From: Lingula anatina
Lineage: Eukaryota > Animalia > Brachiopoda
NCBI GenBank assembly: GCA_051362555.1
Contig: CM120646.1
Location: 22,196,001-22,260,000, forward strand
Direction: 5' to 3'
Length of the DNA stretch: 64,000 bases
A model generated the notes under the pieces. That model saw only the letters and a list, made by a program, of their open reading frames with translations, was not told where the DNA came from and ran no database searches. The position numbers and the translations under genes were made by a program. Below are positions 25,034 through 37,600 of the stretch, piece after piece (position 1 is the first letter of the stretch; every line of letters starts with the position of its first letter).

Positions 25034-28000
25034 CACGTGTTAATGGACCATTACACATGTGAATATCATATAATACAACTCATTACTGTTTAATGCCTTC
25101 CAAGGGATTCCCGTCAAAGCTCTCACGTTGCCTGCCTGTTTGTCTCTCACATTAATTGGGTCGCGATTTATACTAACGTAGCCATTACTATCAGTTTATT
25201 GTAACATGCATTTGGTTTGGAATTTTGAAAACTACTTCAGGGATATGCAAAGCCCTCATTACCATTATCGCTAGAGCTTAAATGCATTTTAATAATCGAA
25301 GCATTTTCCATACTATAAAGAGACAAATTATAGAAAAGAATACCTTTCGTTGCAATAGAAATCACATCAGAATAGACACTATAACTTCCACCATTGTACG
25401 AATTTTTGGCTTTCACTCGTATATTGTAGGCAGTAGCAGGTGTCAGATTGTCAATTTTGTGGGATACATTCTTTACTTCGCCTGTATCATTGATGTCAGA
25501 GGCAGAAGTTTCCCATATCTCCCCAGCTTCATCTTTGTATTCTACCACGAACACTTGGGTGAGGCCACCACTGAAAGCGGAAACCCATTGAACTTGGGTC
25601 GAGATTGCCGTGGTGCGACCAGGAATCTCGTGAAGGCCTGTTGGAGCCAATGGTGGACCTAAATAATAATAATAATAATAATAATAGCCTTCATACATTG
25701 CCTATTTTACATTTTGCTTGTTCGAATATGTGAAAATTTGCCTTGGGATACATTGCATTATTATCTAAATCGTAGTTTGCAAAGGAATCAATCCAAACTC
25801 AAATGTTATTGAAATTTAAGTATATTATTTTATTTTACCACACATATGTGAATATCTTTCAAATTTGAAAAGTTATCAATGAATGCGCTACATGTTTTGC
25901 TTTATTTTAAATGGGGTAATACATTTCCATTAGCTCTAGTGCTTTAGGATAAGAACCCAAACCTATCTTACCTTGGGCGCTTACGTTAAAACAAACTTTC
26001 AGTTTTTCACCGATGCCATTGGCGACCTCACAGCAGTATTCCCCGTAGTCACTCTCCTTGACATTCCCAATAGTCAGATTTGAAACCAACCCGTCACTGG
26101 ACGCAAGCTCTGACACATTTCTTGAAGCGTTGTCTGGTTTGACTTTCGTCCACACAAAGTCGTCATGTTTGGGTTCGGGGTTTGCCACAACATACAAGGA
26201 CAATGTGACGTTACCGTTGACGGGTGCCACAACTTGTTGGCTAGCTTTCCGGTAGGGGTGAAGTTTGGGGGAATCTGCCCCAAAAAGACAATATATACGA
26301 TGTTATTATGGCCGCCTGTGCATTACTTTAGAATGCCAAAATGATTTATATTCTATACTTTAAGGGATGTACTGTATGTACATCCGTTAAACTAAAGACC
26401 TACGGTTTTTAGATTATGCATTTACTTCTCTTGTTTAAAAAAAAACACGATTCTAACTTCGAAATTAACATGCGTATTCACTTACGTAAAATGGGCAACA
26501 GCTTGCTTCCTTGCCGAACTAAAGCACTGTTATTAACCACACACGTATAAGTTCCAGATTTCATGTAGTTGATATTTTCCAGATGCAGAGTTCTGCCCCT
26601 TGTCCCGTTAAGCAACTGTGTGTCGCTCATGAAGTACGACTGAAAAGTCCAATCTTTGAAATCGTACAATGAAGGCACTCCCTCCGCCTGGCATTCCAGA
26701 GTAACATTGTCCCCCTCCATCAAATTGGTTTCTAGTATCGCAATTTGGACGTCTAAATCTGGTTTAAAAGAACATAGAAATAAGGGTATAATTGTGTTCA
26801 CACACACAAACCCACACACAATCACACACATGCAGAGAGAGCGAGAGAGAGAGAATTACAGACGCATGTTATAGATGAACATTCTAGATTCATTCATTTC
26901 TAAATGCGTTTTCATTACGTGGTTCATAGTACAATGATGAATATATTAGTATATAATGAATACGTCTTTAACATAGTGTAAAATATTTGTGAAATTCAAA
27001 TGAAACTTACAGTTAACTGTTATTGGCAAGTACTGAACAGTGATCAGCTGCCCGTATCGACTAGATTTGGAAGCGCCAGTACATGAGTAGTTTCCGGTAT
27101 CTGTTCTATTCAAGTTCAGGATTGTTTGGTTACTTCCAATCATGCTCCATTCGCCGTGCCCCAACCTGTATGTGATGTTAGAAGGGTTCCCGTAGCCTGA
27201 GCACATAAGACGGACACTATCATGCTCGTTGACCATATTTCCCGGCAAGGCGGTTAATTTTAGTTGTGGATGATCTGAAAAGGGGAATAGAAGTTACCTT
27301 CCAATTACACAGAGAGGTAAATATTTGCATATTTAATGAGGATGTATTGTTCTGAAGCAAATCAACATTAATTAGCAGCATTACAGACATTGATCACCAT
27401 ATGAGTATCAAACATATCCTGTCAAACAACGACGGTACCTACTAGAAATATAGGCAAAGTGTATTTATAAAGACGTACAACACATGCCAGTACCATGTTT
27501 GTAGATTTGTCCCAAGCCAAACTTATTCACAAGTGCAACTTACATTCCACGTCTAACTGTATGGCCTTGAACACCCTTCCTTTCACCGCCGTGTAACTGT
27601 TCCTCGCCTCGCAAACACATACCAATTTGTCATCGTCCACTCCAACAATAGGGACCACGGACATGAGAGACGGACCTTCTGTTCCATTCTGTGTACTGTT
27701 CTCCTTGCACATCCATGACAGCGTCGCCGGTGGATATCCACCAGTAGCGGTGCAGTTCAGTGTGGCGTTGACTGTGGCGTTCTCTCCGGTTGCAAGCCAG
27801 GGCAGCGGTGGGCTGGCCGTTATGTCCAGGTTTGGTGGATCTTTAACACATACGAAATGTGTGCTTTAATGGTTAATAGTGCTCAATGAATATGTATTCT
27901 CGGCAAAAATAGATCTTTTATGACGTTATAATAACATATTCTGGTTGTGTAAACGTTTTGGTAGCGTTATTGTAACGTTCTTTGTTTGCTAGGTTATATA

Positions 28001-29875
28001 TCCATGAATCTATCAATGTTAATAAGACGCATTTATAACAAAGATTTATTACTGGGGTATATTACGTCCCTATTTACTCAAGTTGTTACTGCTGTTGGAT
28101 GACAAACAAACTCACGGGCTATGAGCAGGGTGACATTGGAACTCCTCTCTTGTGGCGACGCGTATTTCTGAAATGCCGTACATGTACACACGCTGCCGTG
28201 GTGACTGGAACTGGCTACAAACTGTAGCTGAACCACAGCCTCTGTGGAGGACGACAAGTCAGTCTGACTTCCGTTGGGACATCCAGACCACGTGAGTTGA
28301 GATAGCGGGTTACCACCAGGTACCCTGCATGTGAGATTTACAATGTCTCCGTCATACATGGTGTCTGCCACTTGGTTGTACCTTCTGAGTATGGGGACAC
28401 TGCTCCATTCAGGTGGAGGGACTGTAACATTGACACAATACCATTATACAATAGGTGATAGATACTGCACAAATCATCGATATAGTGTGTAATGTAAGTA
28501 CGATCGAAATAATTCGTAACTTGGCCAATTTTTTAATAAACTTACATTTAATACATATTTAACATTTTATGTCTGTGAGAGTGTTTTAAAGCATACTTAA
28601 AGAAATCGTTAATTCATTGTCTCGACTCTACTTACAAAGTATGTTCAAGTAAAACTCAGATGAGTTGCGAGTCTCTCCAGTCACCGTGTTGTTTGCCTGA
28701 CATATGATTCGGAACCCATTGTCCAGCTCGGTAACGTTAAAAATTAAATGACTGATGGTAGTGAAAAGATAATTATCAACTGCTGTTACGTTTGATATGC
28801 TGTCTCCGCCGATGTCAATATATTCGTTTCTTTTATGCTTGAACCAGTTTATAGTTGCCGCGGGTCTGGATCTCTTGGCAGTACATGTTAACTTTAATTG
28901 TTCTTCCACTGTAAAATTCCGTGAGCAGCCATGGCTGCAGTTTTCTATGCTAAGGCTTTCGATGTCAACTAAAATGAAAAGGCTAAAAGATTTACATTGC
29001 ATAGAGAAGAACTGTATACAATAAAACACCTTGACTGTGGTATGTATTTCCAACTTTCGAATTAATACGTCTGTTCCTTTTCCAACTGTTCATCTGTATT
29101 TACTATGCATGTACAAATTATTTGTATATTATCTGGAATACACAAACTATGCCAAACTCTGTGGAGCTTTCCTTTACTATAGTAATAAACTTCATCATTA
29201 CCTTCAACATCCAGAAGTACTTTTTGTGATGCATTTTGGTAAAATTGATTTTGGTTTTGTATTTCTTGAACATAAGATATCCGACAACCATACAGCCCGA
29301 CATCTTCTACAGAGGCGTTTACAATAGTAAGCTCACGCCCACCGTGACCAATCGTCGCTCGGCCTTTGATACTGACGTCGTAGTCATCTTCCGATCCCTC
29401 TGCATGTCGTGCAATATAGTTTTTCTCGGTTAATTCATCCTTTTGGAACAAGACATATTCCATCATATTGTGTATTTTTTCAGGGTATTTACATTCCATA
29501 CTAAAAGTCATACTTTCTTTCACTCGGTTAGGTGTCAGCGTGAAGTCAACCTTTACATCCGCTGAAAATGTTAACAATTTTAGTGTTTGTGTCTGCAGCG
29601 TGGTTCTTTAAAGAACTGTTTACTTTTAAGGAATTTTGTTCAATTTAGATGATGGTATTCTAAACACACCGTTATCACAACGATACATACAAGTTACAGC
29701 AATAACTTAGACACATAAACAGTAAGATCTTCAACGAGATCGAGCCTTTGAGTTATCTATGGATTTTTCACAATTAACATTCAGCATTCGGAGTCACAGC
29801 ATGACCAATTCAACCTTTACCTGCTAGTAAATAAACCAAGAGAAATACCACCAAGAGCAATAAGATTCTATCCAT
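23397..29875 (-). CDS. Kinase-less IgSF receptor: signal - IgV-like - 6 Ig - FN3 - FN3-like - TM - short tail (paralogue of the locus A ectodomain); locus D
   Basis: Exons 29875-29821 (MDRILLLLVVFLLVYLLA), 29561-29202 (V-like, DVGLYGC), 28968-28636, 28421-28116, 27840-27544, 27274-27011, 26758-26486, 26274-25972, 25658-25344 (FN3), 24963-24688, 24334-24206 (TM), 23867-23837, 23511-23397 (ends GPDSDVTE*). All ectodomain introns are phase 1. Confidence 0.9.
24980..25032. repeat. (AAT)n microsatellite
   Basis: Direct reading. Confidence 0.9.
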
Positions 29876-30107
29876 TTTGGTATTATCTCACAGCTGTAAG
29901 TAGTAACGCACGAATATCATCGTTATGTTTTGTACTGTAGTATAAATTGGCCCTTTCAACAATTGTAGATATATAACTCTCCTTTCCTATCTCCTTATTA
30001 TGGAGTACATTCTACAAATACACATTAAGTAAAATGGGAATGAATGGATTGTCGTATTTAACATTTTATGAAAATTATGTGTATCCACGTGTGTAATTAA
30101 TATAAGT
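29876..30107. promoter_or_regulatory. Compact putative bidirectional promoter between loci D and E
   Basis: Only 232 bp separate the two divergent ATGs (29875 on minus, 30108 on plus). TATA-like TATAAA at 29941 and an ATATATA run near 29969. Confidence 0.55.
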
Positions 30108-32084
30108 ATGGCTGCTGGGAGAAACACCCATTTCTTGTTCGCGTTTATCCTGACAGTAGCAGGTATGTGGCAATTTTAACTTTAACACATATTAGATATA
30201 TGGAATATGGATGAACGTATTATTTGACAAACATGAGGTTACAGTCAGATTAAAATTTGTTATTTTTATTATTTATTTTTATTTATTTATTTTCAGACTG
30301 TGGTGCAGTTATAGTTGACTTATCGATAACAGGACTCCACGGGACAGATTATAACACATGGGCTCCACTTAACCAAGACGTAGTCTTTCGATGTGCATTC
30401 ACCACGCCATATAATGTTACGCTTGAGCTTTACAAAGGGACTCCTATTTTCAACAACCTAGTTTACAAATATCATTTTCGATTTAGAGAACCCCTGATAC
30501 CCAACAGTCCCTTCCATGGACGTTCTCAGTCTAACATAACTTTGATACACAGTGGTAAAATGTGGATAACCCTGCAGAATGTAACAAAAGAAGACACTGG
30601 GAATTATTCCTGCTACGTGAGAGATACACACAATAACGAAAATTTTTCACAAGTAGTTTTGACAGTCGCAGGTAGGTGAAAACGTTATAGTAGGCCACAA
30701 ATGCCAACTAGTACTAGTACATGAAAACACTCGCGTGTACGGGTATATGAATGTGTATTTGTGCGTGTGTTTGTGTACGTACTTGTGTGTGTGTGTTTAT
30801 GACTGTGTTTGCGTGTGTATGCATTATGCATGTCATGAATCGTTGAAATTGTCAGTCTGTTGATGCGTACGGATTCTTTCATTTTTTGATTCAATAGTTT
30901 ACATAACACCTGCTTGTCTGTGAACAGGTATTCGTAAAAGTACACATTCATACTTCTATAACAATATACACATTGTACACGTATGTCGAGGTATCTTAAT
31001 TGGACTTGGTTTAAACCAAATAAACATAAAGGACACTAAGAATTGTTTAATAGATAAACCAATAAACGATACCAATAAGTTACAAATTGCCAACTAAAAT
31101 CATATATTGATTACAGCCCCACTTGACGTTAATGGAATTTCAATCACTGAGATCGACGACATGGACCTGGACACCAGAACCATGAGGGCCGTTCTAGGCC
31201 TTGCCTACCCTGTGCCTGATGTCCACTGGTACTGTGGAAAGAAACAGTTTGTCAGTAATGACAGCTCGGTTTGTGATGAGACGTGCGCGACAACGAGCGT
31301 TGTCATCATACCTGCACCCAATAGAACGACCACGTGTAGGATGCGGGTTCAGCACGTTACTCTCTCGGCGGTATTTGAGAAGGATTTTACTCTGCGTGTT
31401 GTAGGTAAGTAGGTTGTATTTTTTCATGAATTTTATTCAGTAATAAGAATTGGCATCCTCCACAGGTAGACCAGAGCGTCAATACACAGTCAGTATCTTG
31501 GCCAAAAATGACCAGGCGTACAAAAGCTGGCAGTTGAAATACCATTAGTGAGAAAGAGACAAATGAAATCGACATCGGCAAAAATATCAACTATTTAATT
31601 TTACATAATTTTATCATAGTACTAAAGCAGATCATCCCTACTTATTACAGTTCCAACCACCATCCAACCTGACGAAACAACTGTAACTGTGTCTAGAAGT
31701 ACTGAAGTAGATACAAGGGAAACGTTGAACACCACGCCGAGTTCATCTGTGGAGCCGTTGCAATCTTCAGAACAACCATCGCAATCTGTAACACACCCGA
31801 CTACGGCACAACTACCACATTCGTCGAGTCCAGGTATGAATCAATTTACTAGTTACATCTATCTGCTTAATTTTTCTCAGAAGATGACTAATATTTGTAC
31901 ATTTGGGTGATTAGAATACTATAATGAGATGATTTGAGAAGGAAAAAGATGGAGATACCTCTATATTAAACCGCTCTTTTATTCGCTTACATGTATAATC
32001 AAGCCATCTATCTTTCGGCCTGGATCTTTACATTTTGCGATTCTCTGCCAGGCAATGCAAATAAAATTTAAATTATGATGTAAG

Positions 32085-32118
<34 letters not shown>

Positions 32119-32924
32119 TGGAATACACGTTTTTAATGAAGAAATATTCCATTGAACCACAATGTCGGGTACAGTGTCAGGAAGGTTAGCCGATTTAGTT
32201 GGTATAAATTTTGAACGGAAATAGCCAAAGTAAGCATGTATTCATAGTAAAAATATGTATACGGCAATTTCTCCCGCTGTTTTTCAGCCAGTATATTGGA
32301 TACGTTAAAGGACCCAGTAGTGATCGTTGGAATATCATTCGGTGCCATTATCATTATAATAATCATAATCGCAGTAAGCTGCAGATTCTGCGGCCGGAAG
32401 AAAACAGCAGCAGTCGCAGAAATAGGTAGCGTCACTGAACCATTTTTCTAACGATTTATTGCATGGCAAAATAACATTGCTTCTTACATTAGGGCGGTCA
32501 CACAATGCATGGATAAACACGTACAACATTAGCTCTGAAACAAATTTAATGACTCTATACATGCACTAGTTGCCCCTGTGTATAATTGGTATCAATGGGA
32601 ACACATAAACGCACCCGGCTCGTAATGTCTAGTTATATGTTAGCTGTGCTTGCTACAGCAATGGTTGAGAACGTAAGCATGAATGGAGTACTTGATTAAA
32701 TAAAATTCAAATTTTCGAAAGGCCGACTAGTCTTTATTCTAAAGTCAAACTGACCATACATATTCCACTTAGGACTTGCTTTGCAACATGATATTTTTAA
32801 CGCTGCTGTTTTGACAGATTTCAATGCGTGTTGTAATGTATATTAACATTCTGTATTGGACATTATGCTTTTATGAAATGTATTTTTCAGGTCTTGACGT
32901 CTTGCACTCTCTCCGGGTACGTTT

Positions 32925-32961
<37 letters not shown>

Positions 32962-34679
32962 AAAGTATATTCTTCAAATAACTATTTTGTATCTTTTAAA
33001 AGAACCATCTACTTGATATATTAATTAATTTAAGGTGTTTTGAAAACGTTACTGTCTTGGTTGGTGTCTCTTCTAAAGTATACATTTAGGTACCATGTCA
33101 TGTATGCCATACAATTTTTAAAAGAATTATCCATGATAACGACATTCAAAGAACAGCATGTCATTTCATTTCTCTTGAATAATGGAATTCTATCCGAAAA
33201 TGTATTTAAATGGATTTCTATATAAACGGTTAAATAGTAATATAACTTTTCGATATGATTTTCCTTAGAAAGGGGACGAAGTAGCAGTTAAGAATATGGG
33301 GAACGATGCTGAAATATCTATGGATTTGGCCGTATTTGAAAGGGCAGTAAAACCGTCTTACTGTGAAGTAAAATTACCGAGGAAAGGAGACCGGTATGAT
33401 TGCTATTTTCCTATAACCTCCCGTGTTCGTTTTCATACAGTAATTATCTGCATTGTGTGAGTGGTTCGCTTATTTTCCTTTATTTACATTGAATAAAGAT
33501 GTTAAACGGACAAACAGGTTTTAGATAATCCTGAATCCCACAAAACCATATTGCATCATTGCCAAGTGCTCCTTATATAAAACGTATTGTGCAATGTCAA
33601 GGCAATATGTGTCAAACAAAACCCGTTATCGAACACAATGAGAACAATCTTGCTTCATCAAGGTGATTGTTTAACATGTTCATTTGCCACGGTGGGAGTT
33701 TTTTTAAACTTTTTAATATATTTCATTATCAGTTTATTCAAAGTTAGCGTCAACAAACTGGTGGCTTTGAATTCAACCTCACCAAGTGAACTGAAGATTG
33801 GTATGGTAAGTATTTAAAAAAAGGCATTTGCATTTGTAGTAACTGAAAGTACCAATACTTTTAAAGCATTATATGAGCCTGAAGTTGATACTATTTGTGG
33901 GGTTCTAAGTATTTTTTTAAAAGTTTATACCAAATTATTTATTACAATGATCGACAAACTGAAAAGTAATCATGGGTAGAGATGTCCAGAAACCCATATT
34001 TGTGAATTATAAACCCATTATAAAAATTACCATGCAGCGCTGATATTAAGATTTGGCACATTTTCCAATACATTGCAAAGAATGTCACATTTAAAATCTT
34101 ACTACTTCAGAGTGTTGTAGCCCTTCATCCACTGGTGTGGCGTTTTTTCGAAGGAAATATTCAGGGAAAGGTACGATATTAATGCGATATAATTGCTTGC
34201 CTAGGAATTCTTAAAGTTCCCGTGCAGGTACGGTTGATAGTTTTAAATGCGTCTCTTTGTAGAAATAATCGCTTTTTGTGTCTCTGACGTACATGAAGAC
34301 AAATGCCTGGCTGTGCATTAGTCCCTACGTGATGTGTATACACGTTAAAACAACGGCATGTAAAAACAGCTTTTTCATTATCATGAAACTGTTAACAACA
34401 CTGACATTTAATTATATTTTTTATACTTTAAAGGTTATAGTGATGAATTAAGTAACATGCTCTTGTGTCTGTGTTTTTCAGTATAGATCGCATCTTTCTT
34501 AGTTGGACCTAATTAGTGCTATACTAATGAAGTAGGGAAAGAAAAAAATACTTATTTTAAATTAAGTGCATGCTTTTTAGGTCGGAGAGGACAAGTACAG
34601 CATTCGGTTTAAGGGAGAAGAAGTTGAAGACCACATGGTGGACTTGAAATACATTCTGGATGTGGGATGTATCAACTGA
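30108..34679 (+). CDS. IgV-IgC-mucin stalk-TM receptor with a cytoplasmic SGF29-like tandem Tudor domain; locus E
   Basis: Exons 30108-30162 (signal), 30297-30671 (V, DTGNYSC), 31117-31404 (B7/CD80-type C domain, AYPVPDVHW), 31651-31833 (S/T/P stalk), 32288-32425 (TM), 32891-32916, 33269-33393, 33733-33805, 34111-34170, 34581-34679. Intron phases after the TM exon run 1-0-2-0-0 with no stop. An unspliced read-through would end at 32451 (VTEPFF*). Confidence 0.8.
32891..34679 (+). other. Five micro-exons encoding a tandem Tudor-like (SGF29 C-terminal type) domain
   Basis: Spliced translation: GLDVLHSLRKGDEVAVKNMGNDAEISMDLAVFERAVKPSYCEVKLPRKGDRLFKVSVNKLVALNSTSPSELKIGMSVVALHPLVWRFFEGNIQGKVGEDKYSIRFKGEEVEDHMVDLKYILDVGCIN*. 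Collinear motif similarity to SGF29 as recalled (GDKVAA, ILAEV, YEV, VIPL, VLALYP, FY, DDYSVLF, V..RYVV). Confidence 0.68.
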
Positions 34680-37600
34680 CGAGTTAATGCATGTTGTCGA
34701 TAACAGTATTCTTCATTGGATTTGGGAGTCCAATTTGAGTTTTTGCAAACGCCTCTATATCCACAAACAGTTATTATATCATTAATACAACTTTGTGTGT
34801 CAAAGGTCTGGTTCGTATTTAAAATGCATGATGCAGTAACATCGCTGGACTATCAGAAAAAAGTCACCGCTGTTGCAAATGGCACCCCAAACATGTACAG
34901 AACCACCTCCTCCAACTATTGTTTCCTGGATATTTTCCCAGGGAGCCTACGCACTCTCATTTCTTGTTGGAAAACGTTTATCCACCATATTTATTTTGAA
35001 AATCTCCAACAATAATGAATATAACCGTAATAAAGAGTAAGCTTTGTTGTAAAGTCTATTAAAAACCTTAAATTGATATTTTGTAGATACAAAACACGTC
35101 TGAATGACCTATTTTTGAATGAGACGTTCCAATCGCAAGTAGCCCAATAGAAAAGAAAAATGAGAAAGTAAATCACAAATAAAACAATAGGAAAGCGCAA
35201 TCAAAAACAGCATAATTTGCTTTAAGCTATTTATTCAATATTTTGGAAATAATCAGCATAAATGGTATTTTCCTTCCCCATCCACAATCATACCGAACCC
35301 TCTACAGCATTTGTAGGCCTATAGATCATAAAACTAACGTAATGTTAAATCAACTGCCAAAGCATCAAGGAATCCATTGGATATGATATTCCTGTCTTAC
35401 ATCTCAACATAAAAAAATATTTTGGTTTATTTTAATGAAATTTGACCTCAGGTGACCTTTGTCCACCTGCTTGATTTCAGCTGATGTCACATAATTTTCT
35501 TTACTGTTTTCTTTTAGGACAATATTTTAAAATGGGGTAAAGCCATCACTTTATCTTATTTTATTGACATACTGTAAATAGTTTCCTCCCCCTATCCCTA
35601 ATCTTTTTAGATGTTTTCATTACCGGTTTAAAACATTTACACACTGAAAGCTACCGATTTGAAGATGCTACCAAACAGAAGCTGATTCCTGAATAAATGG
35701 ACATATGATACCAATGGAATTTGGTCGCCCTATTTGTACTGATGACCCAGGTTTAAGTAGTCTATTACGGTTGCGGCTATGAACGGGCACACCTACATTC
35801 GTATGTCTTAAATTTCATTGACACACTATATTCTGTATTGGGATATTTTGAAACAACTTATGATGAAAAATAGTTTGTAAGATACTGTGTATTTTCGTTC
35901 ATCAATTGCGGGTAATGACTGCGTTTAAACTATACGCATTTCTTTATTGTTTATTTTTAAAATTAGCCATTGGTACATGTAGTTAAATTGTATATAAACC
36001 CTTCTTAAATGTATTGCTTTCCTCTAGAGAACATAGTCAGATAATTCAACGAACACAGAAAATAGAAATAATTGAATGGACAAATACACAGGTTAAAGAA
36101 TTCACGCCCGTTCTACAAATTGAATTCCGCTTATTAATTGGTAAAAGAAAACCGCCTGTGCTCCACATTTGTCTACAGTGGCAGTGCTGTTTACATGGGG
36201 GGCCTATATGTGTATGTTGGTGTGCAGCAACGGCACCAGTGACTCTTCAGATCATCGATTCAAACACTGATTCTATATTATAAAATGATAGATACAGTTA
36301 AGTGAAATGTTCCTTATTAAGATGGGTCAATAATAACAATCATTATTTCATGTAGTTAAAATGGCATAGATATTTGTATACCAGTAAAGTGGATTAGTTT
36401 CGATTTGCGCAAGATTTTTATTACTATTATACTTTTAATTACAATAACAAATCGGCTGACAAAAGCCGCTCTTTACAGCAACGATACAATAAAAAATAAG
36501 AAGGGCACAGCAAGCCACGCGTCACACCTTTGTATATGTACACAGTATCACAGCTTCTTTGACAAGCTACCTTTGCATTGTATGTGTCACCGTCTATGGG
36601 AGAAGATCTGAAGCTAAACGAACCAGCACGAACTGACAAAGCGAACATTTTGTGGCGTTGTCTTTTTCTTAAAAACCATTTACAAATAGCAGGGCTAAGC
36701 GTGGCATCAATTCTATGATGAATTACTGCTATGGAATATATGTAATGAAGTTTTGAAGGAGATAAATAGCAACTCATGCAGCAAACATTTCAAAGACATT
36801 CAATGGAAATTATAGGCCTAATGTATACGAACATGGTCAACATATACCAGAATGAAGCATACCGAGTCTCATTTCCTATTATTTTACTAAACTTGCTTAA
36901 GTCTAATCTCAGCTCATCTTTAACTAAGCCGAGACAGCCAAGTATTGCATTTAATTTTATGCAGGACCCCATGTGGCTCACCTTCAATAATTCCCATATT
37001 CTGCACTTGGTGAATCTCTTGAAGTAAATCTATGGATTTTAACACACAGCTTGAAGTAAAGGAGAGGCTTAAGAAAAGACCCATGCTGCACCCCCTTTGT
37101 TTTCTAAATCACAAAAGCATATATTTGTGTTAAGAATGATAAGTAAGGTCGCAATAATTCATTTGCCGATGTCCAGATAAACCATCCATGAGCGCAATCA
37201 GAATTTGGCATTTGGAATAGGGTTTCTGAAGTTCTTAAATAATTTCAAAGGCGAATCCGGGGTAAAGTTCTAGTGGTAGGCCCTCTATACTACACAGAAA
37301 TACGTATTTTCTCTTTTTTTTAGGAAGACAGCAAGGATCTAAATTAATTGCATCCAGATACACCTTTAAAATAGTTGCACGTTTTACCAAGACATCCAAG
37401 TTCATATCACAAAAAATCCGATTAAATACAGTAAAAGATGTAGTTGTAACTATATATGAATAAAGAACAAAAAACTTCATGGAATGTCACATGAAAAACA
37501 GAGAAAATCCAAGCGCTTAAATGTAACTCTTGTGCGTATATATAATACATAAAGGATTGAGCGTTTGCTATGTATACACTTCAATATGTACATATACTGC

